Assembly: GCF_032062105.1 (NCBI RefSeq)
Contig: NW_026939923.1
Span: 1-64,000, forward strand
Direction of reading: 5' to 3'
Length of the DNA: 64,000 nt
Origin: Saccostrea cucullata
Lineage: Eukaryota
The stretch's first letter is position 1; each line of letters starts with the position of its first letter. Shown here piece by piece: positions 52,706 to 64,000 of this stretch. A program made the position numbers and the translations under genes. The notes beneath the pieces were generated by a model. The model was not told the DNA's origin. It was given only the letters and a program-made list of their open reading frames with translations, and ran no database searches.

Positions 52706-53100
52706 TTTTTACTTAGCTGAGTTGAAAGCTCGTGTGAGCTTTCCTGATAACCGTTGTCCGTCGTCTGTCTGTCCGTCTGCAAACTTTTTACATATTCAAC
52801 TTCTTCCGAAGAACCACTGGACCAATTTTAGCCAAACTTGGTAGAGAGCCTTCTTGTTTAAAGGGACTTTAAGTTATTAAATTAAAGGGCTAGGTCCTCT
52901 TGCAAGTGGGGATCATCACGAAAGGACAAGAATAGGGTTCTGAAGACTCTAACCGAAGGTCAGAATAAGGGATCAAAATTTGCATAGAAATACATGTGAA
53001 AATCCATTAAATTCTTCTCAAGAACATCAGGGACAGATAAACTTAAAACTAAAATGCAAGCAACTTGTGGTAGATTGTCTAAATCATTGGTGGTAGGGGT
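52706..53100 (+). mobile_element. Decayed HINE/Helentron fragment inside the foldback element
   Basis: CTGAGTTGAAAGCTCGTGTGAGCTTT..GTCCGTCGTCTGTCTGTCCGTCTG..AAACTTTTTACATATTCAACTTCTTC, a typical 5' module. Confidence 0.6.
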
Positions 53101-53197
53101 TTGGTAACAACAAACTTAAAAAGGGGTAAGGAACAGCATAGTTAAAATAACTCATGATCAGGTGCGTCAAATGGAACTTGTACCCAACCCTCAAAAT

Positions 53198-54395
53198 ATC
53201 AGAAACCGAGTAGAGGACTTCGATGTCCCCCAGCCCAATGTTTATTCGTACAGTATTATATAGTAGGGCTAAAAACTGGAGGGCCATATCTCAGAAACTA
53301 GAGATGGTACCATCACCATTTTTTTCACAGAAGTGGTAACTTACCCCTAGTACCTCATCCACAAAATTTCAGACCCCGGGATAGGGGACTTCGATGTCCC
53401 CCAGCCCGATGTTTATTTGTATAGTATTAAATAGTAGGGCTAAAAACTGGAGGGCCATATCTCAGAAAATAGAGAAGGTACCATTACCATTTTTTCACAA
53501 AAGTGGTTACTGACCCTTAGTACTCCACCCACGAAATTTCAGACCCCGGGGTAGGGGATTTATATGTCCCCCAGCCCGATGTTTATTTGTATAGTATTAT
53601 ATAGTAGGGTTAAAAACTGGAGGACCATATCTCAGAAACTAGAGATGGTACCATCACCGTTTTTTTCACAGAAGTGGTAACTGACTCATAGTATTCCACC
53701 CTCAAAATTTCAGACCCCGGGGTAGGGGACATTTATGTCCCCCAGCCCGATGTTTATTCGTATAGTATTATATAGTAGGGCTAAAAACTGGAGGGCCATA
53801 TCTCAGAAACTAGAGATGGTACCATCACCATTTTTCACAGAAGTGGTAACTGACCCCTAGTACCCAAGCCACAAAATTTCAGACCCCGGGGTAGGGGACT
53901 TCGATGTCTCCGAGTCCGATGTTTATTCGTATAGTATTATATAGTAGGGCTAAAAACTGGAGGGCCATATCTCAGGAACTTGAGATGGTACCATCACCAT
54001 TTTTTCAAAGAATTGGTAACTGACCCCTAATACTCCACCCTCAAAATTTCAGACCCAGGGGTAGGGGACTTTCATGTCCCCCAGCCCGATGTTTATTCGT
54101 ATAGTATTATATAGTAGGGTAAAAAAGAGGAGGGCCAAATCTCAGAAATTAGAGATGGCACCATTACCATTTTTTCACAAAAGTGATAACTGACCCCTAG
54201 TACCCCACCCACAAAATTTTAGACTCCGGGGTAGGGGACTTCGATGTCCCCCAGCCCGTGGTTTATTCGTACGGTATTATATAGTAGGGCTAAGAACTGG
54301 AGGGCCATATCTCAGAAACTACAGATGGTACAATCAACATTTTTTCACAGAAGTGGTAACTGACCCCTAGTACCCCACCCACAAAATTTCAGACC
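53198..54395 (-). repeat. 170-bp tandem repeat, about 7 copies (right arm, inverted relative to left)
   Basis: AATTTCAGACCCCGGGGTAGGGGAC recurs every ~170 bp and is the reverse complement of the left-arm unit. Confidence 0.93.
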
Positions 54396-55269
54396 ACACA
54401 GCTTAAGTTAAAATTTTGAATTGCAAACTGCGTTCTAGAACGCAGTTCACTTTTGAATTGCGAATAGCGAACTGCGAACTGCGTTCTAAAATCTGAACGC
54501 CTTAAGTTACTTACACTCTACATTATACACACTGCATGATAACATGTTAAAAATTAGATGCTGTCATGAAACAGTAATACCCGCACTAAGGTGTTTGCCT
54601 CTAAATACATACTCCTACATATTGGGCTGCTTTCCAAGGAAAAAGTCAAAATAATTCTATAATTTGCATGTATTCATCAAATTGAGTATGAAATTCTCAG
54701 ACCCTCTGACCTATAGCTCAGAACCTCTTATATTTATTTTATATGCTTAATTCATTATATACCAGTTTGAATTCTATTAATGATGTAAATTAGATTTTGA
54801 TAAATGTTTTGCTCATAATAGGACCTTTTTAAATTTACTAATCCCCCCCCCCGACACCACAATCACATAGCACATACTTTTTGGAATAGGCTAGATGGAA
54901 AAGATTTTTTAAAACATCGTAAATTTCTACATCACATCACGTTGCGTCACCCATTATCATATTTTTAGATTAAACACCATTTGGCACACCTCGGCCGATT
55001 TCCACTTCATCTGATAAGGTGGCGGAATCGACGAAGGTTTGCCGAATGGAATGCTGCAGTCTGGTGTGCATTGGACTTACACGCTGCATTTTAAAATTTT
55101 AAAAGAAGGAAACGATTTGCAACATTTTTTTAGGTAATAAGCGATTTTATAAAGGATCTGTTAGCCCCCCTTTCTAGAAAGTTATACAAATACTAGCCGG
55201 GCACGTAGCATTGTCTTTAAAAGTGGGAGGGGGGGGGGCAAAGAAATATTTTTTTCTTACCTGGAAAAG

Positions 55270-56460
55270 TTTTTTTTTCTCTCTTCTATTAAAACATGGT
55301 ACATAAATAATTCATGTACACAAAAGCATAATACATACATTGCATATGTATTTGAACATCAAAATCACAAGTAATTGCCTATTTCTAGATATAAATTATC
55401 ATTAATTACATGAGCCTTCCTTAGAATTGCGTTTTGTAGACAAAGACAATTCTTTATCTTATTTCGAAAATTTCTGTATACATATTTTCTTTTTCAAATC
55501 TACATTTCATTTTGTATTTATAGATGTTAAAACATATAAATGACAATAAATTATTCAATCTCGTTGTTTTTGAATTGATTTCGTTGCAAAAACCTAGTAC
55601 AAGTATTTTCCATGTGACTTCAAAACCCCAAAATAAACTATTTTTTTTTTCATTTATTTTCACAGAGTTTACATTTGTACAAGAGATGTTCATTGTCTTC
55701 AACAACCATACAATATTCACAATAAGGTTCTTCATCTTTGTTCTATTTACTTACATTTAGATTGTTATTCAATATGCAATTCAGTAATTTATAATTGAAT
55801 TCAGCAACATTTTTTACATACATATACTTAATTTTAGCTAGATATACATTTTTCCAGATATATTTGTAACGTAGATCGAAAGTCTTTTGCCACATATTTT
55901 CATAAACTGATCTTTGAAATTTAATGTTTACCAAAATTAAAATAATAAAAATCACATTTAAGATTTTCTAGAGTTCTTATTATCTCTAAATAAAAATGAC
56001 ACTTCGTTTTTAATATGATTAACAAATTTGGCATATGTACAATCAAAATTGTTTTTGTATTCCCTGAGAACATTTTTATCATGATGTATTCACGAAATAT
56101 ATTGTTTGTCTTTTCCAGTATGTTGTAAAAGTGTTCAATACTAAGGAAGTTTCCATCATTATCAAAAAGATCTTTGATATATAGAATATTACTTTTTATC
56201 CAGTTTTCAAAACAAAGAGGTTTAGAATCATACTGAAACAAATTATTGTTCCAAATGAATTCCGACAAAAATTGGTCTCTCTTTAAAGTACAAATTTGTT
56301 TAACTTTTTTACATTTATTGAAAGCAGAAAAGACCTCACCATAAAAAAGTGGTATTCTTATCATCTTAAAAAAGCAGTATTTTCAAAGTTACATACACTT
56401 GTTTTGACAATATCATTAACTGATAACTTTTTAAGATTAAGAATATTGTTCAACATCTTA
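55270..56460 (-). mobile_element. Second, diverged Tx1-type LINE, 3' part; continues at 61461-61567
   Basis: ORFs 55921-56364 (FLSEFIWNNNLFQYDSKPLCFENWIKS), 55743-55955 (AEFNYKLLNCIL) and 55454-55735, homologous to the array LINE. Confidence 0.9.
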
Positions 56461-59400
56461 CACTGCATGAAAAGTCGGGTTTAATTTTACCTTAAATGCG
56501 ATTTAAATGCTGCGATTATTTAATGTTTAAATGCATAATATAACATATTGTGGGATCGTAAATGTTAGAAAATAATTAGCATTTAATACGAGTTTAATAA
56601 AAAATTAAAAGAACAAATTTAATAAAGTTTGGAAAATTGTAAACTTACTAATATGTTCGGATTTAAGTCTGCCGTAAACAAGTATTATACCTTTAATATA
56701 CAAAACGTATAATTATTATTAAACATGGCCATAAAATAAAGTTTTATGGTCATATTAAATTTGTTCGTTTAATAATATTTAACGAAGATCTTTACCTCAT
56801 TATTTTTTGTTAAATTCACACTTTACTTTATAATACTTCCAAAAATTAAGTTATATACGGAAAATTGTAAACTTACTAATACGTTCAAATTTTAATCTTT
56901 CATGAACTAATATCAAATCTCGTGTACAAGTGATGAAAATGTACGGATGAAACCTTCCCATATCATTAAAATTTAAGGTTGTATTTGATAAAATTTAATA
57001 TTATTATATTATTGCATAATATTTTTATTTTATATTTATTCCATCAATACTTTGTATGGTTTACAATTGGGTTTTTGGCAAGTATTTTACAATCATACAC
57101 AAATGCATTTCTCATTCAGTTTTATTTGATGTTATCTCAATAGTCTACAAACAATGATTTCTAACAAAGTACAAGATATTTCAAATTTATTTGTTTCCAA
57201 TACATGTAGCTCATTTCTGTTCCAACTGCTAGGTTTATTGCTTGATGATTGTAATTTAACATATCCTCATTAAATCAACTTTACATTGGAATGCAAGACA
57301 TTTCAATAGTGATATTTTTAACTTGCCTTAAGATATCAAGAGTGAGCTCTGAAACATGCACATATAAAAGTCCTGTATTAACATATGTACAAGTATATTT
57401 AACAAATTTTTTAAACCTTAATTACAATTCCATTTTAATAGAAAAGATTCTCGTCATAAACTCTCTTACTTCAACGGAAGGAAACAAATTAATATTTTAC
57501 TTTTGCAATTCTCATTACTCTTTCAATATCAATTGTAATATTTATCAAAATCACAATTCACCCCTTTTTTTACTCAGAAATGTCTCTACCTCATTTGCCT
57601 ATTCTATTTTTTACATCTATGACTCACTAAGCTACTGACAGAGAAGCCTCACTCGCCCACAAGCAACAGCAAAAGGATCGGTCAGAGACGCCACCCTTCT
57701 CTTACTTGGGTATCAAGATCTGCAACTTACTGCCAGCAAAGATCTTTCAGACTACCCTTGATTGTCTTATTTTTTTCCACAATAATGTCCATGCACTTAT
57801 TTTTTAAGTCAGACTTGTACATATATGTAATATATAAATCAAGATAAAAATGTATGTGATTGCATACTACACAACAAACCAATAAATGTTTAAACAATAA
57901 AAAAAAACATAACAGTTTCAATCTGTAATCAAGCATCAGAAAAAAAGCCCATCTCTGTTCAATTACTACATCCATAGGGTTGACTCTTTTAGATTCTTTA
58001 TTTGTCCTAGTTCTCTTTATGTTCTGCCTTGTAGAGTGCTTTGATTTGAGAGTTGCACTTCTGGTGTCCTGTTCTTTGAAGACTTTTTCACATTCATCAG
58101 AACGCAACTTCAGTTTTCTAATTTCATAGATAGTATTATCTTTAGAATCATTTTTTGTACTATGAAGACGTAATCAATATTTATAACTGCTTTATAACTG
58201 CTTCTTCTTGCTTTTTCTTCTCTTCATGCCAAGAAGTTTTCAGCTCTGGAGAAGCACATCTAGCTCCTAATTTCTACAACAAACATAAAAATAAATACCC
58301 ATTTGCCTATATATACATATTTTATGTGTGCTTCCGGATTTATGCAATTGCATATATTAAATAGTACACAAAATCTGAGTTGATTGTAAAATTATCAATT
58401 GACCTAGAGGAAACACAGCTCAATTTTGATTAATTAAAAAAATTACAGAAGACCACAAAAGATATGCCATTTTTTCAAGTCTGGGTAATAAACAAAGATA
58501 GTTATCTATAATTTCAGGCCAGCGAGCTACAGATTATGAAGCTAATGTTGTTATACATGTAAATTGGGGACTAATGATTTTTTCGCCATCTTTTTTGTTT
58601 TTGGAGCATTTTATTACTATTTTTACCTCCTTGACCTTGAACATGTTGAAGTGTCCTTTTCTCTGCTCCTCCACAATAATTCTTTCATTTAGCAGCAAGA
58701 TACTATGGATATGGTAAAAAGCTGTCACAAACAAAATATGAAAAATTGATAACAGGTATGGCTCTCGGTAGAAAGAATATACAAAAAAGGAGAAAAAATA
58801 TACAAATAGGGTATACTTATGACTTAAGCAAGAAGATAACATTTTACACAATGAAAAAAAATTCTCTGTGTCATCTAGGTAAGTGAATTACATAAAAAAA
58901 ACCATATAATTATATGTATAGATCAAATTTATAGACGGCAAAATATGATATGAAACATACATAATGGTACCGTAGTCCGAACACATGAAATTTGAAGATT
59001 TACAAAGTTTACGAAAATGAAAAGAATAACATTTACAGCCTTTCATATATTAAGACTTACGTATCTATAGTTTCACAGCAGCAAGCTACAGATTTTTTGG
59101 AAGTACATGTAAATTTGGGATTGGTGACTTTTTGTCATTTTATTGTAGCAATTAATGAATGTATTTTACCTGCTTGACCTTGAATATGTTGAGATGTGCA
59201 TCCCTTTTCTTCGAGTTCCTCCACGATATTTTATTTAATGTAGCAGAAAGATACTATGGATAAAAAAAAATATGAAAAATTAAAAGCAGGTATGGCATCT
59301 CGTAGAAAAAATATACAAACAGATGTATTTATGATTAGAGCAAGTAGATAACATTCATACAATAATGAAATCTTTAATCTTTGTGATCTAGTTCAGCGAA

Positions 59401-61460
59401 TTATTTCAAAAACATATTATGATATGTATTAGATTAAATTTAGAGACGACAAAGCATGATATGAAATGGATGTACATACTCGGAACACATGGAATTTAAG
59501 AGTAAACAAAAATGCAAAAGGTTAGCATCTACAGCATTTAACATGCAAGTTATTGGGATAATGAGCAAGTGATTTAATATAAAGTAAAATATATTTAATT
59601 TAACAAATTACACTGTTGATAGCAGGTTTTTAAAGTGGACAGCGAATGCAATGTTCTAGTAAATGGTGGCAATCTCATACACAATAAGTCGTACAACAAA
59701 TGATTAGTTCGTACCTCATACTAGGTAGCCAAATATCTGGTCAAGTCACTTTCAGAAGGAAGGCTCAGCAAGTTGAATGTTGATCATTCCCATAGCTACT
59801 TCAAACTTTTCTGGCACAATATCTGAAAGAAAAGATGTATCTTGCAGGGTTTTTTGTTCAAACTAGGATTAATTCTCATGAATGTAAAAATTTGAAAAGT
59901 TTATAGATGACAGACAAATAAAAGACACAGATAAGAAAACTCGCTCTGGTCTTAAAATGGCTCAGGTGAGCTAAAAAAATCAATTCATGTGATTTTATTG
60001 ATCTTATCAGAAAATTTAAGAAATCTTTCTTCATACTGCTTTTGTCATTTCTTGTGATCATTTGGATTCCTGTAAATAATGCATGCATAATTGTGCATCA
60101 TAGAATATGATAGCTATTTTTAATAATTCATGCTTAAGAATTAAACGTAAAAAAAATTATGCATAGCTCAGAATCCATTGCTATTGCATTTTTAGGATAA
60201 GGAAAATAAGAATATAAACCTCGTCTTGTTTACTTGGTATATAGCATTTCAAGTTGTTGCAATATTTTTTATTGTCTTATGCTTAAAGATACAGGTTGAT
60301 AAAAACATTGTTAGTTTATTTGTGTTAATTGAAATTTGAGCTACATGGTTCTCACCATTTTCACAAGCTGTCTCCATAGCCGGCGATGTGGGGAATCGTC
60401 TCAGGCACAGTCCACTGCAACTATTTAAATAATCAAAATAATGCTGAATTCTTGTGTATGCATAAGAAATAAATAAATATTTTATTACATTGTTCAACAT
60501 ACTCTGTAAATGCTGAACAGAGGAACACTTGAGTGACTTAAATTCTGAAACCAATACCAAACGAGAAAATTCTGGTTAAAATCCATCTTTAAGAGAGATA
60601 ATTAAAAGTGTTAAATAATTATTACAAAATTTAAATAGCGCTTGCCCAAACGTTTTTACTGCCAGGCATTTTATGTGTAGTGCCAAGACCAAGGAACAGT
60701 AACATTATTAGTAGCAGAGGCAATTATTCATTCAAGGACACATGATAAAATTTTGTATATTGTTCCTACCGCTAAACAGGATCGTAAATGTCTTCATCTT
60801 CTGTTAAAACGGAAATTACATCCAAAGTTAATGATGCTTCTCCTTTTCGTGTCACTCTCTTTCGCCCCTTACAACATCATGATCAAGTTCAACATGGCTG
60901 CGTGGAACTCTCCAAGAAATTGAATTTCGGCGCGGTTTGTTGTTTTTAAATTAATTGCTTTTCTAGCCCGACTTCGATCCCGATGTAATTGTACAGTAGT
61001 AGTCGATCATAGAGAAAAAAACTAAGCTATATTCGACATTTTTGAAAAAATCTACATAAGGTTTAAATAAATAAAAATGAGAAATGAATAAATTAAATTA
61101 ATAGGGTGCCTAAATGTTTTTTTTTCCAAAAATGTTTTAAATTAAGTTTACATTAGGTATAAAGAATTATTTATGAAATATTGAAAATACCAAAAATGTA
61201 CTTAAACTTTAAGTATAAGCATATTTACTTTAACATGTCGATATTCTTAAACGAAACGTATAATTTTCTCAATTAAACTATATTATTTTCGACGTATTTT
61301 GCATTAAATGTGATTATACTTATTTGAAAACTGTACTTAATTATATCACAATATATCTCATGTAAAATGTACCGTTATACATAAATTAAATTCAATACAA
61401 GAAATTTACTGGAGTAAACGAATTTATTAAATTATATTAAACGCCACTTTTCATGCAGTG
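56461..61460. mobile_element. Second CACTA/EnSpm (CACTG) element, 5000 bp, non-autonomous or decayed
   Basis: CACTGCATGAAAAGT...ACTTTTCATGCAGTG TIR; 3-bp TSD TTA (56458-56460, 61461-61463); the LINE frame is restored on removal. Confidence 0.92.
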
Positions 61461-61567
61461 TTACATTTTATACTTTCTTTATCTAATAATCGTTTTATCC
61501 AGGAGGCTTTTGATGCAGTAATTTACTCTCTATATCAACAATACCTATTCCACCTTGGTCAACTCTA
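61461..61567 (-). mobile_element. Continuation of the second Tx1-type LINE
   Basis: RVDQGGIGIVDIESK/TASKASWIKRLLDKESIKC. Confidence 0.88.
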
Positions 61568-64000
61568 CACTACTAAGTCAGAAACGTACTGACATTCCCA
61601 TTTTTTACTGACAAACTTAGAAAATTACTGACAATGTGCTGTCTTTACTGAAAAACTTAGACAATTACTGACCTTTTTACTGCCGGTACTGATAAACTTA
61701 GAAAAGTGCTGACAATCTTAGTCGGTGCTGATAAACTTAGACAATTACTGACCCGTTTACTGTCCCTGCTGAAAAACTTAGACAAGTGCTGACATTTACT
61801 GATAATTACTCTCCCTATTGTTCTCGCTCTCGGGGAGGCTGCAGTGGTGTGAAATTGACTGTGTGTTATACTTTGCATTTAAAAAAAGTCTTGTTTTAAT
61901 TTTTGATGAAAAAAAAAACTCCCAGGCAGTTATCATTTTTTTAATCTAAATATTATTGATATCTGTAAAATGATTCAGAATAACTAAATCAAGTTTAAAT
62001 TTATGTGTTGAATATATCTATTCCTGTTCAATTAAAGAATTAAAATTAATTAATCATCAAGTTACTTTTCATCTATTTATTTCTTCGCAGACAGATATCT
62101 GACTTTAATGTTGAGCCCCCCTCCCCCTTTTTACGATCGGAAAGTTGTATCAATTTTCTTTTCACAAACAGGACAGATGTCTCTTGTTAGAAAAGTAACT
62201 CTTCTAAATATTGATGATTACTGATTTTTATTAGGTAATTCAGTTTACTAATGTTCTCGGACATCTGTACAAGTAATATAATAATTTTATTATATACCCC
62301 TGTTTACGATTTCCGGTTTCATTTGCTCATACGGGAGTTCCCCTATTGAACAGTACAGTGTTCCGTATATAAACGTGTACTATGCCTTGTTAATTTTGTC
62401 ACTTAAAACATTATTTCTAAATGAATGGTTGGTTGGTCGCTTACACAGGGTTCATAAGCACCCAATGTCTGTAAGTCCGAGACTAATAAATAATTATCAG
62501 ACTAGTAATAAAAATTCATGTAATAGCAATTATAGTAATCTTACGGAAAATATTTATATTTACTAGGTCAGCGGTAAGACTAATATTAGCAGTAGCACCA
62601 CTCTCAAATATTTTTCTTCTCTCTCTCCCTCCCTCGCTCACTCTCTCTTAAAGATACAAACAGTATTGACACTTTAAGTTACTTAAATCCTTGACAAGTG
62701 CTCCGTTTATTCACATTGCCGAGGGGACTAGACCACTATTTAGTTTTTAAACTTAATCTTTAAGTATTTTTTAATCATGATTCAATTTTAACAAAAATAT
62801 TACATGTTTCGTACCTTCCATTTTTCCCCTGTATCTATCGGTGAATTGGAATTAATTTAATTGTATGTGCCGAAATTAAATTTCATCTCATAAAAATAGG
62901 TAGGCGTAGGGTGTTATGATGTTAATATAACCAGTTAGAGATTTTGGTCATAAGTTGTGAAGGTAATTCCTGGCCTAAATCCGTTCTTGAGCATAAACGG
63001 GGAAGAAGGAATGTTGGCGAGTATAACAAATTAAGTTGTGGCGCTGTGGGCCGTAATAAGGGTAAAGATGCCGTATTCCTTATGGTCTTTCAATATAAAG
63101 TCCAAGAATTGGTAAACCAGGTTTCCGAAGTTATTAAAGACAATGGTGAATAACAATCAACATGAATTTCAACAATATCTTACGAGACTTGATCGAGTTG
63201 GATGTGGCCGGTAGAGCGTCGGGCCTCCAAACTGAAGAGATTAAAATGGTCTTAGATATTTGTAAGACTAAGACTTAGAGTATACAATAATTGACTTTTG
63301 ACACTAGTTGAGTTAACTGATGGACAGGTGTGTTTCTTTGATAGAATAAACATGAAAGAGGTTATAAAGTAATTATACAAATAAAGTTATTGGTAAAGGA
63401 TTAACAAATCCCGAGGCATTAACACCTAACGAGCAACAGTTATTTCGACAGAGACACAGATTGTCAATTGGAATGTCTTAATCCTATTTCAAAGGGAATG
63501 AGATAAATAAGACACAATTAATTACAAATAAGCACATATTAAAAACAGATTAAGAATTTCACAGATAAACGTCCGAATTTAGTATAAAATATATTAAAAA
63601 GTTATTCTAATTCAAAAATGTTAATTTTTCTCGGTGATATTAACATAATAAGGCAGAATGCGGACTTGCCAAGTAAAATATTTTACGAAGAAGTAAAAAT
63701 TGGAAGTCAGTAGTCCGTCGAACCAGTGCTCACAAATATTTATTTCGAACCCTCTAGCATACATGTATAAGCCCCCCCCCCCCCTTCTATGCACACACGT
63801 TACATGAAAAAAATGTAGTATACCGGTACTTGAATATGATTTATAAAAATGTGTAAGTTTTTCAAATGATGCAAATTTCTTTGTCCATTTGATCAATTTT
63901 TACCCGTCCCGTAATCATTATTTATTTGATTCAGGTTTTATTCTTTTCAAAAGATTAAGATTATTCGCTAACTGTAGGTTCCCACTATCTTCCGTGACGA
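61568..64000. mobile_element. Left end of a third CACTA-type element (right end not found in the window)
   Basis: LINE homology stops exactly at CACTACTAAGTCAG, followed by dense subterminal repeats (TACTGAC, AAACTTAG) to ~61805; the TSD cannot be checked. Confidence 0.65.

Larger units (their letters stand above)
50456..54501. mobile_element. Mutator(MULE)-like foldback element with long modular inverted arms
   Basis: ~110-bp TIR GGCGTTCAGATTTTAGAACGCAGTTCGCAGTTCGC...; perfect 9-bp TSD TTAAGTTAC (50447-50455, 54502-54510). Confidence 0.92.

Noticed and set aside
50564-54395. CRISPR-like array
   Set aside because: Contiguous 170-bp monomers with no unique spacers, inside a eukaryotic TIR element; no cas genes.
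56461-61460. Element length of exactly 5000 bp as a sign of artificial insertion
   Set aside because: It has natural TIRs, a 3-bp TSD and subterminal repeats; the round number is best treated as coincidence.

Overview
AT-rich eukaryotic DNA; the repeat content (Helentron/HINE elements with ~165-170 bp satellite cores, a bivalve-type SINE) suggests an oyster-like bivalve, which is an inference. Most of the window is nested transposable elements, and many can be delimited exactly by terminal inverted repeats (TIRs) and target-site duplications (TSDs): Tx1-type LINE relics, three CACTA/CACTG elements, hAT, Sola2-like, a MULE foldback, Tc1 with an open DD34E ORF, a solo LTR and a decayed BEL/Pao pol. 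One host gene is evident, a GIMAP/AIG1 GTPase on the + strand. Its large exon (44566-45383) has no ATG of its own. It splices in phase to a small exon 11 kb upstream (33441-33489) encoding a signal-peptide-like leader, giving a predicted 288-aa protein starting MKKILLMCIFLTVYGHEKIIRLLLIGKTGVGKS. The segment immediately 5' of that exon carries a strong splice donor (candidate promoter and non-coding exon 1). It is tandemly repeated at least five times (1-33119), interleaved with LINE relics, and could form an array of alternative first exons feeding one coding body. Other notable signals: four DNA transposons inserted in the same ~140-bp segment of two diverged Tx1-type LINEs, and Tc1-type excision footprints (TACATGTA) visible as copy-specific differences within the array.
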